The notes beneath the pieces are model-generated. The model was not told where the DNA came from, ran no database searches, and was given only the letters and a program-made list of their open reading frames with translations. 64,000 nt of DNA from IMG/VR virus record IMGVR_UViG_3300024054_000362, positions 124,001 to 188,000 of that record; one strand, written 5' to 3'. Shown here piece after piece: positions 1 through 9,623 of this stretch. The translations under genes were made by a program, and so were the position numbers. The first letter of the stretch is position 1. Every line of letters starts with the position of its first letter.

Positions 1-441
1 TGTGCACAGTGTCAAGGAGTGCTTCATCCAAACGATCTACGGTTCCCTGCGACGGGGCGGTTCAGTGGATCGATCTGTGATTCATGTGAACAGCGGCGCC
101 TCGCCGCGCCAAGCAGGCCGCCGCGAGGCGGCATCAGATCGGCGCTTGTGCGTGCGCGCCGAGCGCATCTTCCGGCGACGCTTACCGAGAAAGAATGGGC
201 ACGCACGGTCGAGTTTTTTGGTGATCGTTGTGCGCTTTGTGGTGGTGCTTGGTCCCTCGTCGAGCATGCGGTGCCTATCGATTTGGGGGGCGGCACGACG
301 GTAGGAAACTGTTTGCCGGCATGTGTCGGCTGCAACGTTCGCAAGGGCAAACGAGTTCTCGATGCCCTCAGCACACATGAATTTTCGTCGGAACGGCTTC
401 GCAACGCACGTGAATGGCTTCTCAGGAGTGAACATGGTTGA
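1..441 (+). CDS. HNH endonuclease (5' truncated at window edge)
   Basis: CALCGG...VEHAVPIDLGGGTTVGNCLPACVGCNVRKG HNH/Zn motif; frame is open from position 1 (CAQCQG..., extra CxxC). Confidence 0.85.
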   Translation, partial: CAQCQGVLHPNDLRFPATGRFSGSICDSCEQRRLAAPSRPPRGGIRSALVRARRAHLPATLTEKEWARTVEFFGDRCALCGGAWSLVEHAVPIDLGGGTTVGNCLPACVGCNVRKGKRVLDALSTHEFSSERLRNAREWLLRSEHG

Positions 442-700
442 TGACGATGATCGGATCGCGGCCAAGGAGGCTCTTCGAAGGGCTCAGCTCGAAGCCGCAA
501 GAAACCTGGAGCCGGACTGCGCCTACGGGGCCGTCGGCGCCGGGCGGTATCGTGCGGACAACGAGCGTAGGCGGGCGACCGCCGGCATTGACCCAGCAGC
601 GACCCCGCAGGCCGGCGACTTTATCGCTGTGTACCCCAACGAGCAGATGTACTTGTTCGAGGACGAGCGCGGGCGTCGCGCGCTTCGGATGAAGGAGTAG
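434..700 (+). CDS. hypothetical phage protein
   Basis: AGGAG RBS before ATG 434; overlaps the upstream stop. Confidence 0.6.
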   Translation: MVDDDDRIAAKEALRRAQLEAARNLEPDCAYGAVGAGRYRADNERRRATAGIDPAATPQAGDFIAVYPNEQMYLFEDERGRRALRMKE

Positions 701-703
701 TCG

Positions 704-943
704 ATGAACACACCCACGAAGCAGCGTCGTCGCCACGAGATCTACGAAGCCACCAAGCCGTGCAAGAACCACAAAGGCTGTGCTTTGTACGGTGAGTGTG
801 CCGATCCACCGTGTGAGATCACCGTCGTCGACATGATCGAGTACGTCCCCAAGGAGAACTGGGAGGATTTCGAGAAGCAACGCCTTGCGAACTACGTCAG
901 GCAGACGGGCCGCTTTGCCAATGGAAGGAGCCGACCAATATGA
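704..943 (+). CDS. hypothetical Cys-containing protein
   Basis: AAGGAG RBS; operon packing. Confidence 0.6.
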   Translation: MNTPTKQRRRHEIYEATKPCKNHKGCALYGECADPPCEITVVDMIEYVPKENWEDFEKQRLANYVRQTGRFANGRSRPI

Positions 944-1317
944 ACGTCGCCGACACTAAGAAGTGGCTTCTCGTCGCCGGGCGCGCTTACGTGCGAGCGA
1001 TGGAAGCCAAGTCGTGTTCTCTCGCCACCACGAACCTTCGGCTCGGTCAGCAAGCCGAGCAGCGTGCTCGTGAAGGTCTACGTGAACATCTTCCTCGTAA
1101 GCTGGAGCCCCGGTTTTATTCGTCAGTGCAGCGCGAGTTGAGCAAGCTTGATGCACAACTCCCCAACGCGGAGATGAACGCGCACCTGCACCGCCTCGAA
1201 CGGTGCGGCATCACGCAGATGCAACACGAACAGCGTACCGCGAAGGAACGTCAGGCTGTCGACGACAATCGGGCGCGTGATCGTCACGATCGCAAGCGCC
1301 CCAAGGTCAGGAAGTGA
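940..1317 (+). CDS. hypothetical protein
   Basis: ATGA overlap with upstream gene. Confidence 0.6.
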   Translation: MNVADTKKWLLVAGRAYVRAMEAKSCSLATTNLRLGQQAEQRAREGLREHLPRKLEPRFYSSVQRELSKLDAQLPNAEMNAHLHRLERCGITQMQHEQRTAKERQAVDDNRARDRHDRKRPKVRK

Positions 1318-1859
1318 TGAACAAACGCGACAAGGAGCGCCTGAAGGCGGCCTACGAGATGGAAGGCGACGCTACGATTGGTGCGGGCGCCGGTTTCGAC
1401 AAGTACACCAAGGAGGTCGCGATGCGTATCCGTTGGCGCGGCACCAAGTTTGATCCGCGGTGCGGTTCACAGGGCGTCGACGGCGACGGTCACTGTATGC
1501 GTTGCGGCCTGCGTGTTCACGAAGACGCCGATGAGAACTGTCCTCCAGGTTTCCTGCCGGCGCCGCCGACAGAAGCCAAGACCGAGGCCGCGCCCGTCGA
1601 ACGCATCGTCGCAGCCGCGATCAATTTCGATGACATCACCATGTCCATGCCGCCGCCTGCGCGGCACCACACGATCTTGTGGAAACTGGTCGAGCTGAAC
1701 CTACCCGAAGGCTTCATGGACATTCGCAACCAGGGCTTCGTGACAAGCACGGGCCGCTTCGTCGATCGCTACGAAGCGTGCAAGATCGCGCGTGCTGCAC
1801 GGCAGCTGGTTCGAGAGCCGACGCCGAAGGACGTGTTGACCTCGGAGGACGTCTGGTGA
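1314..1859 (+). CDS. conserved phage hypothetical protein
   Basis: C-terminal IVAAAI...ARHHTI...QGFVTSTGRFVDRYEACKIARAARQ resembles a widespread phage family (from memory). Confidence 0.7.
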   Translation: MMNKRDKERLKAAYEMEGDATIGAGAGFDKYTKEVAMRIRWRGTKFDPRCGSQGVDGDGHCMRCGLRVHEDADENCPPGFLPAPPTEAKTEAAPVERIVAAAINFDDITMSMPPPARHHTILWKLVELNLPEGFMDIRNQGFVTSTGRFVDRYEACKIARAARQLVREPTPKDVLTSEDVW

Positions 1860-2107
1860 GTCGCTTCGAAGACCGAAATCACGCCATTTCCGGTTTGCGT
1901 AACGCGAACGGCTCAGCCTTACGCGAGATGTACGACGCAGGACGTTCCCTCGACGAGATGCGTGAGTATCTGCGCCATCACATTGATCTGGCCTGGCTAC
2001 CGGACGATCTCGCCGACAAGTACGCCGTGTCTGATCGTGCCTGGAATCGATTTTTGAACGACATCATTCGGGATGTCGTGCCGTACGCATTTCGAGGGCA
2101 ATCGTGA
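1856..2107 (+). CDS. hypothetical protein
   Basis: GTGA overlap at 1856; GC3-rich codons. Confidence 0.55.
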   Translation: MSRFEDRNHAISGLRNANGSALREMYDAGRSLDEMREYLRHHIDLAWLPDDLADKYAVSDRAWNRFLNDIIRDVVPYAFRGQS

Positions 2108-2394
2108 TCCTACTTCGGGTCATCACGCCGCAGGATCCGGCGCGCGCGATCTACGACCGCCACGAACACGAAGGCATGATCATCTGTCGTGAGTGTCTCG
2201 TTCAGCTCGACACAGATCCAACGTGCGATGAGATTCCGGCCGAGCAGGTCGAGTTCTGGGGCTACACGTGCCTCATGTGCAACACCAAGCCGTCGCCGGG
2301 ACGGACGTGCGGCAACGAAGACTGCCTTCGACCGCTCCATCCACAATGGCCAGCCGTCTACTGCACCAACCGCTGCGCCATGTTGGATGTATGA
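2104..2394 (+). CDS. Cys-rich putative zinc-binding protein
   Basis: CRECL, CLMC, CGNEDC, CTNRC motifs; GTGA overlap. Confidence 0.6.
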   Translation: MILLRVITPQDPARAIYDRHEHEGMIICRECLVQLDTDPTCDEIPAEQVEFWGYTCLMCNTKPSPGRTCGNEDCLRPLHPQWPAVYCTNRCAMLDV

Positions 2395-2645
2395 ACTGTC
2401 CACACTGCGATGAGAGTTGCGATCGCGAATCGGCCGATGTCGGCATCGGCATCATGTACGGCCCATGGGGCTGTCCGCGATGCGGCTGGTCGGAGAACGA
2501 AGAGTACGACAGTCGTGAAGGCATCCGTCGCGATGGTGCCGACCGTGTCCTCGACCAGTACGGTGTCAGCCATCACGTCAGTCGTGTCGACGGCGTTGCC
2601 GTCCTCGCAGGCTTCAACGTCGAGGACCGCGGAGCGACCAAGTGA
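2391..2645 (+). CDS. zinc-ribbon protein
   Basis: MNCPHC...WGCPRCGW; ATGA overlap. Confidence 0.65.
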   Translation: MNCPHCDESCDRESADVGIGIMYGPWGCPRCGWSENEEYDSREGIRRDGADRVLDQYGVSHHVSRVDGVAVLAGFNVEDRGATK

Positions 2646-2956
2646 ACTACGGACGTGCGATCAGGACGCTCTGCGCGCTTCGCGAGATGTCGCAGCAGGA
2701 TCTCGCCAAAGCGATGGGCGTCGAAGAAAGTTTCGTGTCACGGACCTTGTCGAAGGGTGCTTCACCGACGATGAAGACCCTCGAAAAGGTCGCGACGGTG
2801 TTCGACGCGCCCGTGTTCCTGATCGTACTTCTTGCAACGGACGACTTGCCAGCGTTTGAGAAGGCGCAAGCAGAAGCCCTTGGTGCGTTGTTCTTGGAGC
2901 TACTTGTACCCAAACAGAAGATCAGCGCCAGAAACGCACCGGTGCGCCGACGGTGA
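2642..2956 (+). CDS. XRE/Cro-C1 family helix-turn-helix regulator
   Basis: IRTLCALREMSQQDLAKAMGVEESFVSRTLSKGASPTMKTLEKVATVF. Confidence 0.85.
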   Translation: MNYGRAIRTLCALREMSQQDLAKAMGVEESFVSRTLSKGASPTMKTLEKVATVFDAPVFLIVLLATDDLPAFEKAQAEALGALFLELLVPKQKISARNAPVRRR

Positions 2957-3281
2957 TGCCGTTCTTTGCTGCCCAGCCACCGTTCACTTCGAGAACGTAC
3001 GATGACGGTCGACCGACGCCGCGAAGTGTTTCCGTCAACGGGGTCGCGTTCGATACGACTCCAACCACACGCAGATCGCGTCCAATGAAGATCATGTCGA
3101 GAGGGATGAGCGTGTTCCGCATGAAGAACTTGTGGTCCGACTCATGAGGCAGCACGAACAGCATCCCCGCGTCGGGCGCGAGCTGCGTACGGAACATGAG
3201 GCCCCGTTGGATGGTTTCTGGGGTCGACACGACCTCGGCGAGGACGCCGTGGTTGCCGATCATCACCAACCAGCGTTGCAT
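2922..3281 (-). CDS. DUF192 family protein
   Basis: RGLMFR...GMLFV...FFMRNTLIPLDMIFI...YVLEVNGGWA signature; GGAGG RBS before ATG 3281. Confidence 0.9.
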   Translation of the reverse strand: MQRWLVMIGNHGVLAEVVSTPETIQRGLMFRTQLAPDAGMLFVLPHESDHKFFMRNTLIPLDMIFIGRDLRVVGVVSNATPLTETLRGVGRPSSYVLEVNGGWAAKNGITVGAPVRFWR

Positions 3282-3310
3282 CCCTCCACGATACGCGATC
3301 GAGGTGCCTC

Positions 3311-3628
3311 GTGAGTTTTTGTCTTGGCCTCTTTCACGTCGACGTGTTCCCAGATGGAGCACGTTTTGAAGACGTATGTGCGGCGATCTCGGCGGCGTGG
3401 CTGGCAGGACACCGAATTCTGGCGAAGGACATCGCACAGAGGTACGGCCTCTTTGACCAAGTTTGTTTGCGTTGCGCAAGTGAGTTCATCTCCGGGGCAC
3501 CGGTTCACGTTGAACGTCGTCAGCAGTTTTCGGAACTGCTCTATCAGCTTTGTACGGACTGTCTATTCAAAGAGACGATCGACGAACGTATGGAGGCTGT
3601 TCATAAATATTTCAGGCGGCCATCCTAA
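3311..3628 (+). CDS. hypothetical protein
   Basis: 105-aa ORF filling an AT-richer gap; CxxC pairs. Confidence 0.45.
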   Translation: MSFCLGLFHVDVFPDGARFEDVCAAISAAWLAGHRILAKDIAQRYGLFDQVCLRCASEFISGAPVHVERRQQFSELLYQLCTDCLFKETIDERMEAVHKYFRRPS

Positions 3629-3640
3629 TCATACATCACA

Positions 3641-4864
3641 TCAATATCCCACGTAGAAGATGTGCTTGACTCCCGTCCCGCCGTTGCCGCCGGCCGCGCC
3701 GGGGCCGCCGCCGCCACTCTGTGCGCCACCGGCGCCGCCCGTACCGCCCGTGACGTCTACGCGCGAGGAAGGGAAGTCCGTCGACGTGGTCGTCGTGACG
3801 ACGACGGCGATGCCGCCGGCACCACCGCCACCGCCGCCGCCGCCGCCATTCTGACCACCCACGCCGTTGCCGCCGTTGCCGCCGTTGCCGCCCTTCGACT
3901 GGATGGGCGTCGTCGATGTACCGGCGATGAGCCGCAAGGCCGCCACCGTGTAGCCGCCCGCCGAGCCGCCACCACCGCCGGCTCCCTGTGTTCCGGCTCC
4001 GCCAAGTCCGCCATTACCGCCACCGCCGCCGCCGGTTCCCGCGCCGAGCGTCGTGCCTGTGCTGCGAACCTGCGCGCCGATGTAGGCCGTCAGGATCTCG
4101 GCCGTGTCGCTGCCGAGCCTGACGCCGCCGAGCGTCACGGCGCCGCCGCTGCCGCCGGCTCCACCCGTGCCAGTGAGATGACCGCCACCGCCGCCGGCGC
4201 CGCCACCCTGACCGACGCCGCCATTGGTACCAACGGTTCCGGCTCCTGCTGCAATCCCACCAGCTCCACCGGCGACCGATCCTGCCGTCAGGCGACGCGA
4301 GCCCGTCGCCTGAGCGCCGCCATTGTTACTGCCTCCTGCTCCACCTGCGACACCATTCGCGAGGAGCTGATTCGTGCCACGTGCGGCGGCGCCTGCAGCT
4401 CCGGCGATGTTCGCCACAGCATTCCCACCGTTGTTACCGTTGCGAGAGATGTTGCCGGTGCCGTTGATCGTGCACGTGCCATTATCGAAGTAGCGATAGC
4501 CCGCCGTATCGACGGTGACGCCATTGTTGATCGTCGAGTTGACCACCATCACGTCGCGCGTGAGCGTGTACACGTTGGCCACGGGAACGAAACCGAGGAT
4601 CGTGGTGGCGCCGTCCCAGGTCACCGTGCCGTCGGATCCGTCGCCGAACCAACCGATGGCCTGCGGCGTCGTGTTCGTGGGACCAGTTGGACCTGTCGGA
4701 CCTGTCGGACCTGTAGCGCCTGCAGCTCCAGCTGGACCTGTCGGACCTGTCGGACCTGTAGCGCCTGCAGCTCCAGCTGGACCTGTCGGACCTGTCGGAC
4801 CTGTCGGACCTGTCGGACCTGTTGTTCCGTCGGACCCGCAGCAGCACGCATTCAAAATCGGCAC
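3641..4864 (-). CDS. collagen-like (GPT/GPA repeat) glycine-rich fibre/spike protein
   Basis: N-terminal CCC then about 17 G-X-Y triplets, followed by a long Gly-rich domain; preceded by tandem late palindromes. Confidence 0.75.
   Translation of the reverse strand: MPILNACCCGSDGTTGPTGPTGPTGPTGPAGAAGATGPTGPTGPAGAAGATGPTGPTGPTGPTNTTPQAIGWFGDGSDGTVTWDGATTILGFVPVANVYTLTRDVMVVNSTINNGVTVDTAGYRYFDNGTCTINGTGNISRNGNNGGNAVANIAGAAGAAARGTNQLLANGVAGGAGGSNNGGAQATGSRRLTAGSVAGGAGGIAAGAGTVGTNGGVGQGGGAGGGGGHLTGTGGAGGSGGAVTLGGVRLGSDTAEILTAYIGAQVRSTGTTLGAGTGGGGGGNGGLGGAGTQGAGGGGGSAGGYTVAALRLIAGTSTTPIQSKGGNGGNGGNGVGGQNGGGGGGGGGAGGIAVVVTTTTSTDFPSSRVDVTGGTGGAGGAQSGGGGPGAAGGNGGTGVKHIFYVGY
4681..4822. repeat. 9-bp tandem repeats (GGACCTGTC) plus a longer internal duplication encoding collagen triplets
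   Basis: Repeats visible directly in the sequence. Confidence 0.9.
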
Positions 4865-4870
4865 CTACCG

Positions 4871-4915
4871 ACGCTACCACGATCGCTGCTGCGATCGACG
4901 ATCGCCATAGCGATC
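4871..4915 (-). promoter_or_regulatory. putative late promoter: two GATCGC-N4-GCGATC palindromes (4881-4896, 4900-4915) + GTGG + TAGCGT -10 box
   Basis: -10 box ends 6 nt before the GTG at 4864. Confidence 0.7.
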
Positions 4916-4972
4916 GAGGTCGGACCGTAGAGCTGTACGTTTTCAAAACGGTGCGGTACCCCTGGGGTAGCG

Positions 4973-5533
4973 ATGGCGCGATCACTAAAGCCGCTCGGAC
5001 CCGGCACGGCACGGTTCAGTGCATGTAGAACCTGGCGATACGAACTGACGCGAGATCTATCAGGCTACCCGCGTCCTGCGGATCAGTTTCCGCCGAAGGG
5101 TGTACTCGTGTCGATTGGCCTCAACCCGTCGACGGCGACCGGTGACGACGACGATCCGACCGTTCACAAGGAATCGTTCTACACGATCTGGTGGGGCTAC
5201 GAACGCTTCATCAAGCTGAACGCGTACGCTTACCGCGCGACGAAGCCCGTCCACATGTTCGAGGCGCGAGACCGCGGCATCGACATCGTCGGACCTGAGA
5301 ACGACGCTGCCATCCGGTGCGCCGTCCAACTCGTCCGCCGGAACGGCGGACGCTTACTCGTGGCCTGGGGGAAAAACATCGAGCCCGAGCGTCAACGACG
5401 GATCGCGCAGCTGATTGGGCGCGACGTGCAAGCGTACTGCGTGGCCGTTAACAAGAACGGCACGCCAAAACACACATGCTATACCCGAGGTGACGCTGTC
5501 CCGATCCGGTGGATTTGTCCATATGGCGCGTAA
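4973..5533 (+). CDS. DUF1643 domain protein
   Basis: ARFSACRTWRYEL.R...IGLNPSTAT...DDPT...LNAYAYRATKP...VAWG. Confidence 0.85.
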   Translation: MARSLKPLGPGTARFSACRTWRYELTRDLSGYPRPADQFPPKGVLVSIGLNPSTATGDDDDPTVHKESFYTIWWGYERFIKLNAYAYRATKPVHMFEARDRGIDIVGPENDAAIRCAVQLVRRNGGRLLVAWGKNIEPERQRRIAQLIGRDVQAYCVAVNKNGTPKHTCYTRGDAVPIRWICPYGA

Positions 5534-6047
5534 AAAGAAGCTCGCTGCTGATGGTACCATTAGGCTATGGCTCGCCTACAAACGGCGTCGCGGTGAGAAA
5601 CCGCTGTTCGCCTTGATCGATCCCGAAGACTGGAAGTTAGCGGCGATTCCTTGGCGTGCCCAACGATCACACACTGGAGATTTTTACGCCGTCCGCGCGG
5701 TGTCCCTTGGGAAAGATCAAAAGACGCGGATGTTGTATCTGCATCGGGAAGTATTACAGGCACCCGAGAACGTGCAGGTAGATCACAAGAATGGCAATAC
5801 GCTAGACTGTCGTCGCGCCAATCTGCGCCCAGCGACGCATAAACAGAATCTTCAGAACGCGCGAAAGCCTCGACACAACACCTCAGGGTTTAAGGGCGTC
5901 GCACGCAGTGCCAACAACCGCTGGCGGGCGTACATCAAAGGCAAGTACCTTGGCCTGTTCGATTCGCCTGAGGAGGCCGCGCGTGCGTACGATCGCGCGG
6001 CCCGCGCGCAGTTTCAAAATTTCGCGCGGTGCAACTTTTCAGTGTAG
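5523..6047 (+). CDS. HNH endonuclease with C-terminal AP2 DNA-binding domain
   Basis: LHREVL...VDHKNGNTLDCRRANLRPATHKQN; SGFKGV...WRAYI...YLGLFDSPEEAARAYD. Confidence 0.9.
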   Translation: MARKKKLAADGTIRLWLAYKRRRGEKPLFALIDPEDWKLAAIPWRAQRSHTGDFYAVRAVSLGKDQKTRMLYLHREVLQAPENVQVDHKNGNTLDCRRANLRPATHKQNLQNARKPRHNTSGFKGVARSANNRWRAYIKGKYLGLFDSPEEAARAYDRAARAQFQNFARCNFSV

Positions 6048-6048
6048 C

Positions 6049-6414
6049 TCAGCCGCACGGAGGTCCGTCGGGACCTGACGGTGCGAGCAGATCGCAAGGT
6101 GGCATCTGATTGCCGTCGAAGATGTCTTGCATCTTCGAGAACAAATCGCTGACGTCACCGAAACCCGACTTTTCTTCATCGACAGGCTTGGGTTCTGGAA
6201 CGCCGAGCTTCTCGCGAAGCGTCTTCTTGACGTCGGCAAGCTCGCTCTGAACCTTGCGATGCTCCTCAGCGAGACGTCGCTCGGCCTCTTCAAATTCGCG
6301 TCGCCGCGCTTCAGATCGCAAGCGAAACGCGAATTCGGCGCCTTGAAGCAGCTGCAGTCGCTCGACGAGCTTGTAGATCTCGGCGCCCTGCAGCTTGATG
6401 AACGGGTCGCTCAC
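6049..6414 (-). CDS. hypothetical coiled-coil protein
   Basis: Glu/Arg/Lys helical heptads; overlap with upstream gene. Confidence 0.6.
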   Translation of the reverse strand: MSDPFIKLQGAEIYKLVERLQLLQGAEFAFRLRSEARRREFEEAERRLAEEHRKVQSELADVKKTLREKLGVPEPKPVDEEKSGFGDVSDLFSKMQDIFDGNQMPPCDLLAPSGPDGPPCG

Positions 6415-6698
6415 GATGGATCCTGCCGTTGGCGAATCTCGTCGAGCTTGGCGAGAATCGCTTGGGCGAACGGTTGTAGTGCCTCCATGAAGCGATCGAC
6501 GTCGCTCTCGTCACCACCATCTGAAGGCCGCGCCGGAGGCACGTGACTGGAATCGAATTTTGTCGTCAAGGTGATCTTGATCGGCCCGGCGATCTCGATC
6601 GTCTTGACCTGCGTTGACGTGTACGGGGTCTTGGTGGCGTCGGTGTCGCCATCGGAAGCTGGCTTGGCCATAAGGCGTTTCGATAATGCTCGCGACAA
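6411..6698 (-). CDS. hypothetical protein
   Basis: 95-aa ORF coupled to the downstream gene. Confidence 0.55.
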   Translation of the reverse strand: MSRALSKRLMAKPASDGDTDATKTPYTSTQVKTIEIAGPIKITLTTKFDSSHVPPARPSDGGDESDVDRFMEALQPFAQAILAKLDEIRQRQDPS

Positions 6699-6729
6699 GC
6701 GCTGTCAAGGCGGCTTGTTAGGCCGACCC

Positions 6730-6755
6730 GATCGCTCGCGCGATCGTGGTAATCT
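6730..6755 (+). promoter_or_regulatory. putative late promoter GATCGCTCGCGCGATC-GTGG-TAATCT
   Basis: Palindrome 6730-6745; -10 at 6750-6755; ATG 9 nt later; no SD. Confidence 0.7.
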
Positions 6756-6764
6756 TACATCACC

Positions 6765-7649
6765 ATGCTCACAGTCTATCGACAGCAAGGGTTCGGCTTA
6801 CCGCTGGGCCAAGGAGCGGCGCCGTCGTCGGCGATTGATCAGGCCGCCGCGACGCTCATGGTTGCGCTCGAAGATGGGACCGTTCCCGAGGGCGTCGTTG
6901 CGATGCTTCGAAATTTCTCAGCCCTCGATCTGACCTTGATCGCCGGTCGCGCCATCGGCCTGGGGGCGAACGCGGCTCTGGTGCGGCAAGCAGTCGAGGC
7001 AGCTGCCGGAGCGGGGACGGCGAGCCCGACAGCTCAAGCCGACCCAACCACCATCCGACTACTACAGGCGCAGATCAATCGATTCTTCGTCGGTTCATTC
7101 GGCATCGCGCAACAGATGGCCGAGACTGGCGTTATCGATGCTGAGACCGTCGCGCAGCTACCCCGCGCGGCACAGATCGCATTGGACATAGCAGGCCCGT
7201 TGGATCTTAGCGCGATCGCAACGCTGGCTCCTGCCGCGGCCGCCAATCTAAACGCACAGGGAATCGCGCAGAATGCGTCCGCGCTCGTCGACGCCTTCAC
7301 GCGAATCATAATTCCGGCTGCAGAAGACGCCGCGATCGCGGAGCAAGCTACCGTCGAGCTGGTTCACGAAGACATCTCCGCCGAGCAACGTCCGAAGATC
7401 GTCGCCGCGGCGGCGCAGGCAGCAGCTCAGGTCAAAGCGCAGGGCGGCTCGCAGGCTGAGCAGCAAGCAGCCGCCCGGACGGCTGCACAGCAAGCTGTCG
7501 TCGCCACCAAGAAGAAGTTTTTCGACGTGAAGAATCCGAAGTTCTGGGTCGCCGTCGGTGGTGGCGTCGCTGCCGTGGTCGTGATCGGCGCAGCGATCAA
7601 GTTGTTCGCCCGCCGCCCCGCCGTCATGGTGACACGCGCCGCGCGCTAG
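6765..7649 (+). CDS. Ala-rich putative virion protein with C-terminal membrane anchor
   Basis: C-terminal FWVAVGGGVAAVVVIGAAIKLFARR hydrophobic helix plus basic tail; N-terminal QGFG/PLG motifs. Confidence 0.7.
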   Translation: MLTVYRQQGFGLPLGQGAAPSSAIDQAAATLMVALEDGTVPEGVVAMLRNFSALDLTLIAGRAIGLGANAALVRQAVEAAAGAGTASPTAQADPTTIRLLQAQINRFFVGSFGIAQQMAETGVIDAETVAQLPRAAQIALDIAGPLDLSAIATLAPAAAANLNAQGIAQNASALVDAFTRIIIPAAEDAAIAEQATVELVHEDISAEQRPKIVAAAAQAAAQVKAQGGSQAEQQAAARTAAQQAVVATKKKFFDVKNPKFWVAVGGGVAAVVVIGAAIKLFARRPAVMVTRAAR

Positions 7650-7945
7650 CAGGTCGGCTTGCGTCGTGCGTAGAACCGACCGCCAATCGCGCCCACAGTG
7701 ACGGCACCTGCCGCGGCGAGGCCTGCTTTGAGGCCTGGCTTTGGTGCAGGAGCGCCAGCGACTTTTTGAAGTTGACGATCGCGCGTTGTGGCGATGAAGA
7801 ACCCCGCGGTTGCGGCTACTAGGCCGATAGCACCGCCCGCGAGCATGCCGTAGATGCCGCGTTCTTTCTTTGGCGTGAACGAGCACTCGGCGTCCGCCAA
7901 GGCGTCATCGTGGTTCCGTCGGCGTCCGAGCGTGGCCTTCTTCAT
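7646..7945 (-). CDS. small two-TM membrane protein
   Basis: MKKATLGRRR N-terminus, two hydrophobic segments; ATG 7 nt after a -10 box. Confidence 0.65.
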   Translation of the reverse strand: MKKATLGRRRNHDDALADAECSFTPKKERGIYGMLAGGAIGLVAATAGFFIATTRDRQLQKVAGAPAPKPGLKAGLAAAGAVTVGAIGGRFYARRKPTC

Positions 7946-7952
7946 GTCGTTG

Positions 7953-7978
7953 AAGTTACCACGATCGCGCGAGCGATC
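7953..7978 (-). promoter_or_regulatory. putative late promoter, palindrome 7963-7978 + GTGG + TAACTT
   Basis: 24-nt inverted copy of the 6729-6752 element. Confidence 0.7.
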
Positions 7979-8033
7979 GACACACCCAGAACGGCCGTGC
8001 GCAGATGTCAAGACGATCTGTTAGGCTGCGGAT

Positions 8034-8246
8034 ATGGCGAAACGAAAGCGCGCTCTTGCCGGCCTGATGGACACGGTTCGTGCGGGATGCCGCGTCACGA
8101 TCGTCGATCGTTTCGGCGCGCAACGAACGGGTCGTGCCGTCATGAAGGGACCGCACGGCTGGGTGTTGAATCTCGGAGGACGACACGGAACCCCTGGGAT
8201 CGCGAGCGCGGATAACATCGTCAAGGTCAGCTGTTCGAAGAGGTAA
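8034..8246 (+). CDS. small beta-rich basic protein, paralog of the N-terminal half of 53831-54346
   Basis: RVTIVDRFGAQRTGRAVMKGPHGWVLNLGGRHGTPGIA vs RVTIVTPQGQQRTGTAVMRSSHGGWVLNMGGKHGTPGIA; TAGGCT lies 6 nt before the ATG. Confidence 0.7.
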   Translation: MAKRKRALAGLMDTVRAGCRVTIVDRFGAQRTGRAVMKGPHGWVLNLGGRHGTPGIASADNIVKVSCSKR

Positions 8247-8255
8247 GCTCCGCGG

Positions 8256-8680
8256 ATGGCGACCGATTCAGAGATCGCGTGGGCGGCTGGCCTGTTCGAA
8301 GGCGAAGGTAGTTGCTACGGCACCGTACGCAGCGATCGTTACAACACGAGGCGAATCCGTATGAACTTGCGGATGACGGATCAAGATGTCGTTGAACGCT
8401 TCGCGAAGGTTGTCGGTGTCGGCTCCGTATACGGCCCCATTCAACACGTGCGCGCCAGCGACGGCGTCCGGTTGAAGGACGTGTACGAATGGGGAACGGG
8501 TAGTTGGCACGTCGTCGTTGATCTGTACGCGTGTTCAAGCCGTGGTTGTGCACACGACGGCGTGGACAATTTGAACACGCGCTTCAGACAGCAAAACCGA
8601 AGTCGCCGGTTCGGCGCGCACACAAACTTGGTCCCAGACAAAATTTCAACTACAAGCAACGTACCGAAGTGACGCGATGA
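8256..8680 (+). pseudogene. free-standing LAGLIDADG endonuclease, frameshifted near 8532
   Basis: IAWAAGLFEGEG motif; the natural continuation FKPWLCTRRRGQFEHAL resumes in another frame at 8534 and ends at TGA 8680. Confidence 0.7.
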
Positions 8681-8722
8681 TCCTCAACATCACCAACGTT
8701 CGTTGCAGAAAGAAGAAGTGAC

Positions 8723-9025
8723 ATGGCGCGCAAGTTCGACGAGACGGTTCGCAAGATCGCCGATCGTATCGCCGACGGTCGGATCATCCTGACCGAACGT
8801 GTTCGACAGGGTCGCAAACGGAACATCTCCGTCGGTCCCTACCGAACCGCGACGTCGTCCAAGCGCCAGTACGCGATGTGCACGCTGCCAGCGCTTCCAG
8901 GCTCCGACGACTGCCAGGTATCCCTGAACCCCAACCGTGTCGCGAAGCAATTCGTTCGCCTCGTCGGCACGGACAACGCGCAGAACGCGCTTGTTCGCGA
9001 ATCGCAGAAGCGTCACGGTAGATAG
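8723..9025 (+). CDS. hypothetical basic protein
   Basis: 100-aa ORF coupled to the Nudix gene. Confidence 0.55.
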   Translation: MARKFDETVRKIADRIADGRIILTERVRQGRKRNISVGPYRTATSSKRQYAMCTLPALPGSDDCQVSLNPNRVAKQFVRLVGTDNAQNALVRESQKRHGR

Positions 9026-9408
9026 TGTCGACGTACGGCGCCGCCGTCATCATCGAAGACGACCGCGGACGCGTGTTGCTTCTCAAGCGCAGTCCCACGA
9101 TGTCGTGGAAGCCGGGTCGCTGGAATCTTCCTGCCGGTCACGTCGAGCCAGGTGAGTTGGCCGCGGAGGCGGCCGTCCGGGAGGCATACGAGGAGGCGGG
9201 TCTTCGTGTGGCCAAAGTGATGCCAGTCGTGCGCGTGCACTTTGCGCCGTTCGTCGTCGACGTCTACCACTCGGTCGATTGGACCGGACGTGTTCGTCTG
9301 AACGCCGAGAGCATCGCCTTCAAGTGGGTTCCCGTCGGGGATGCGTGCCGGGATGACCTTCTGCGGACGCATCGTGATGCTCTTCGATGGTTTGCTGATC
9401 GTTACTAG
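9025..9408 (+). CDS. Nudix hydrolase
   Basis: Nudix box GHVEPGELAAEAAVREAYEEAGL. Confidence 0.92.
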   Translation: MSTYGAAVIIEDDRGRVLLLKRSPTMSWKPGRWNLPAGHVEPGELAAEAAVREAYEEAGLRVAKVMPVVRVHFAPFVVDVYHSVDWTGRVRLNAESIAFKWVPVGDACRDDLLRTHRDALRWFADRY

Positions 9409-9430
9409 GTTGGGTGTCCGTTTGCGTCTT

Positions 9431-9457
9431 GGTCGCCGGAGGTCGACCCCGTTTTTT
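9431..9457 (+). terminator. possible intrinsic terminator
   Basis: GGTCG/CGACC stem followed by a T6 run, downstream of the Nudix gene; stem is weak. Confidence 0.3.
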
Positions 9458-9623
9458 CGACGGCCGCGTGTTCACGCGAGGGTCATCCACCGGCCGAACG
9501 TCTCCGTTCACGATGATCCATGACGAGCGAATTTTCACGAGAAGCAAGTAGCACAACCGCCGCGTCCACGCGCGGCTCTTCATATTGTCGGATGCATGTA
9601 GCTCCTCCGTTTGTCGTCGAGGA

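Noticed and set aside
4681-4822. Regular short repeats resembling a CRISPR array (SDRSDR / VRQVRQ shadow ORFs)
   Set aside because: 9-bp in-frame tandem units with no unique spacers; they encode collagen triplets.
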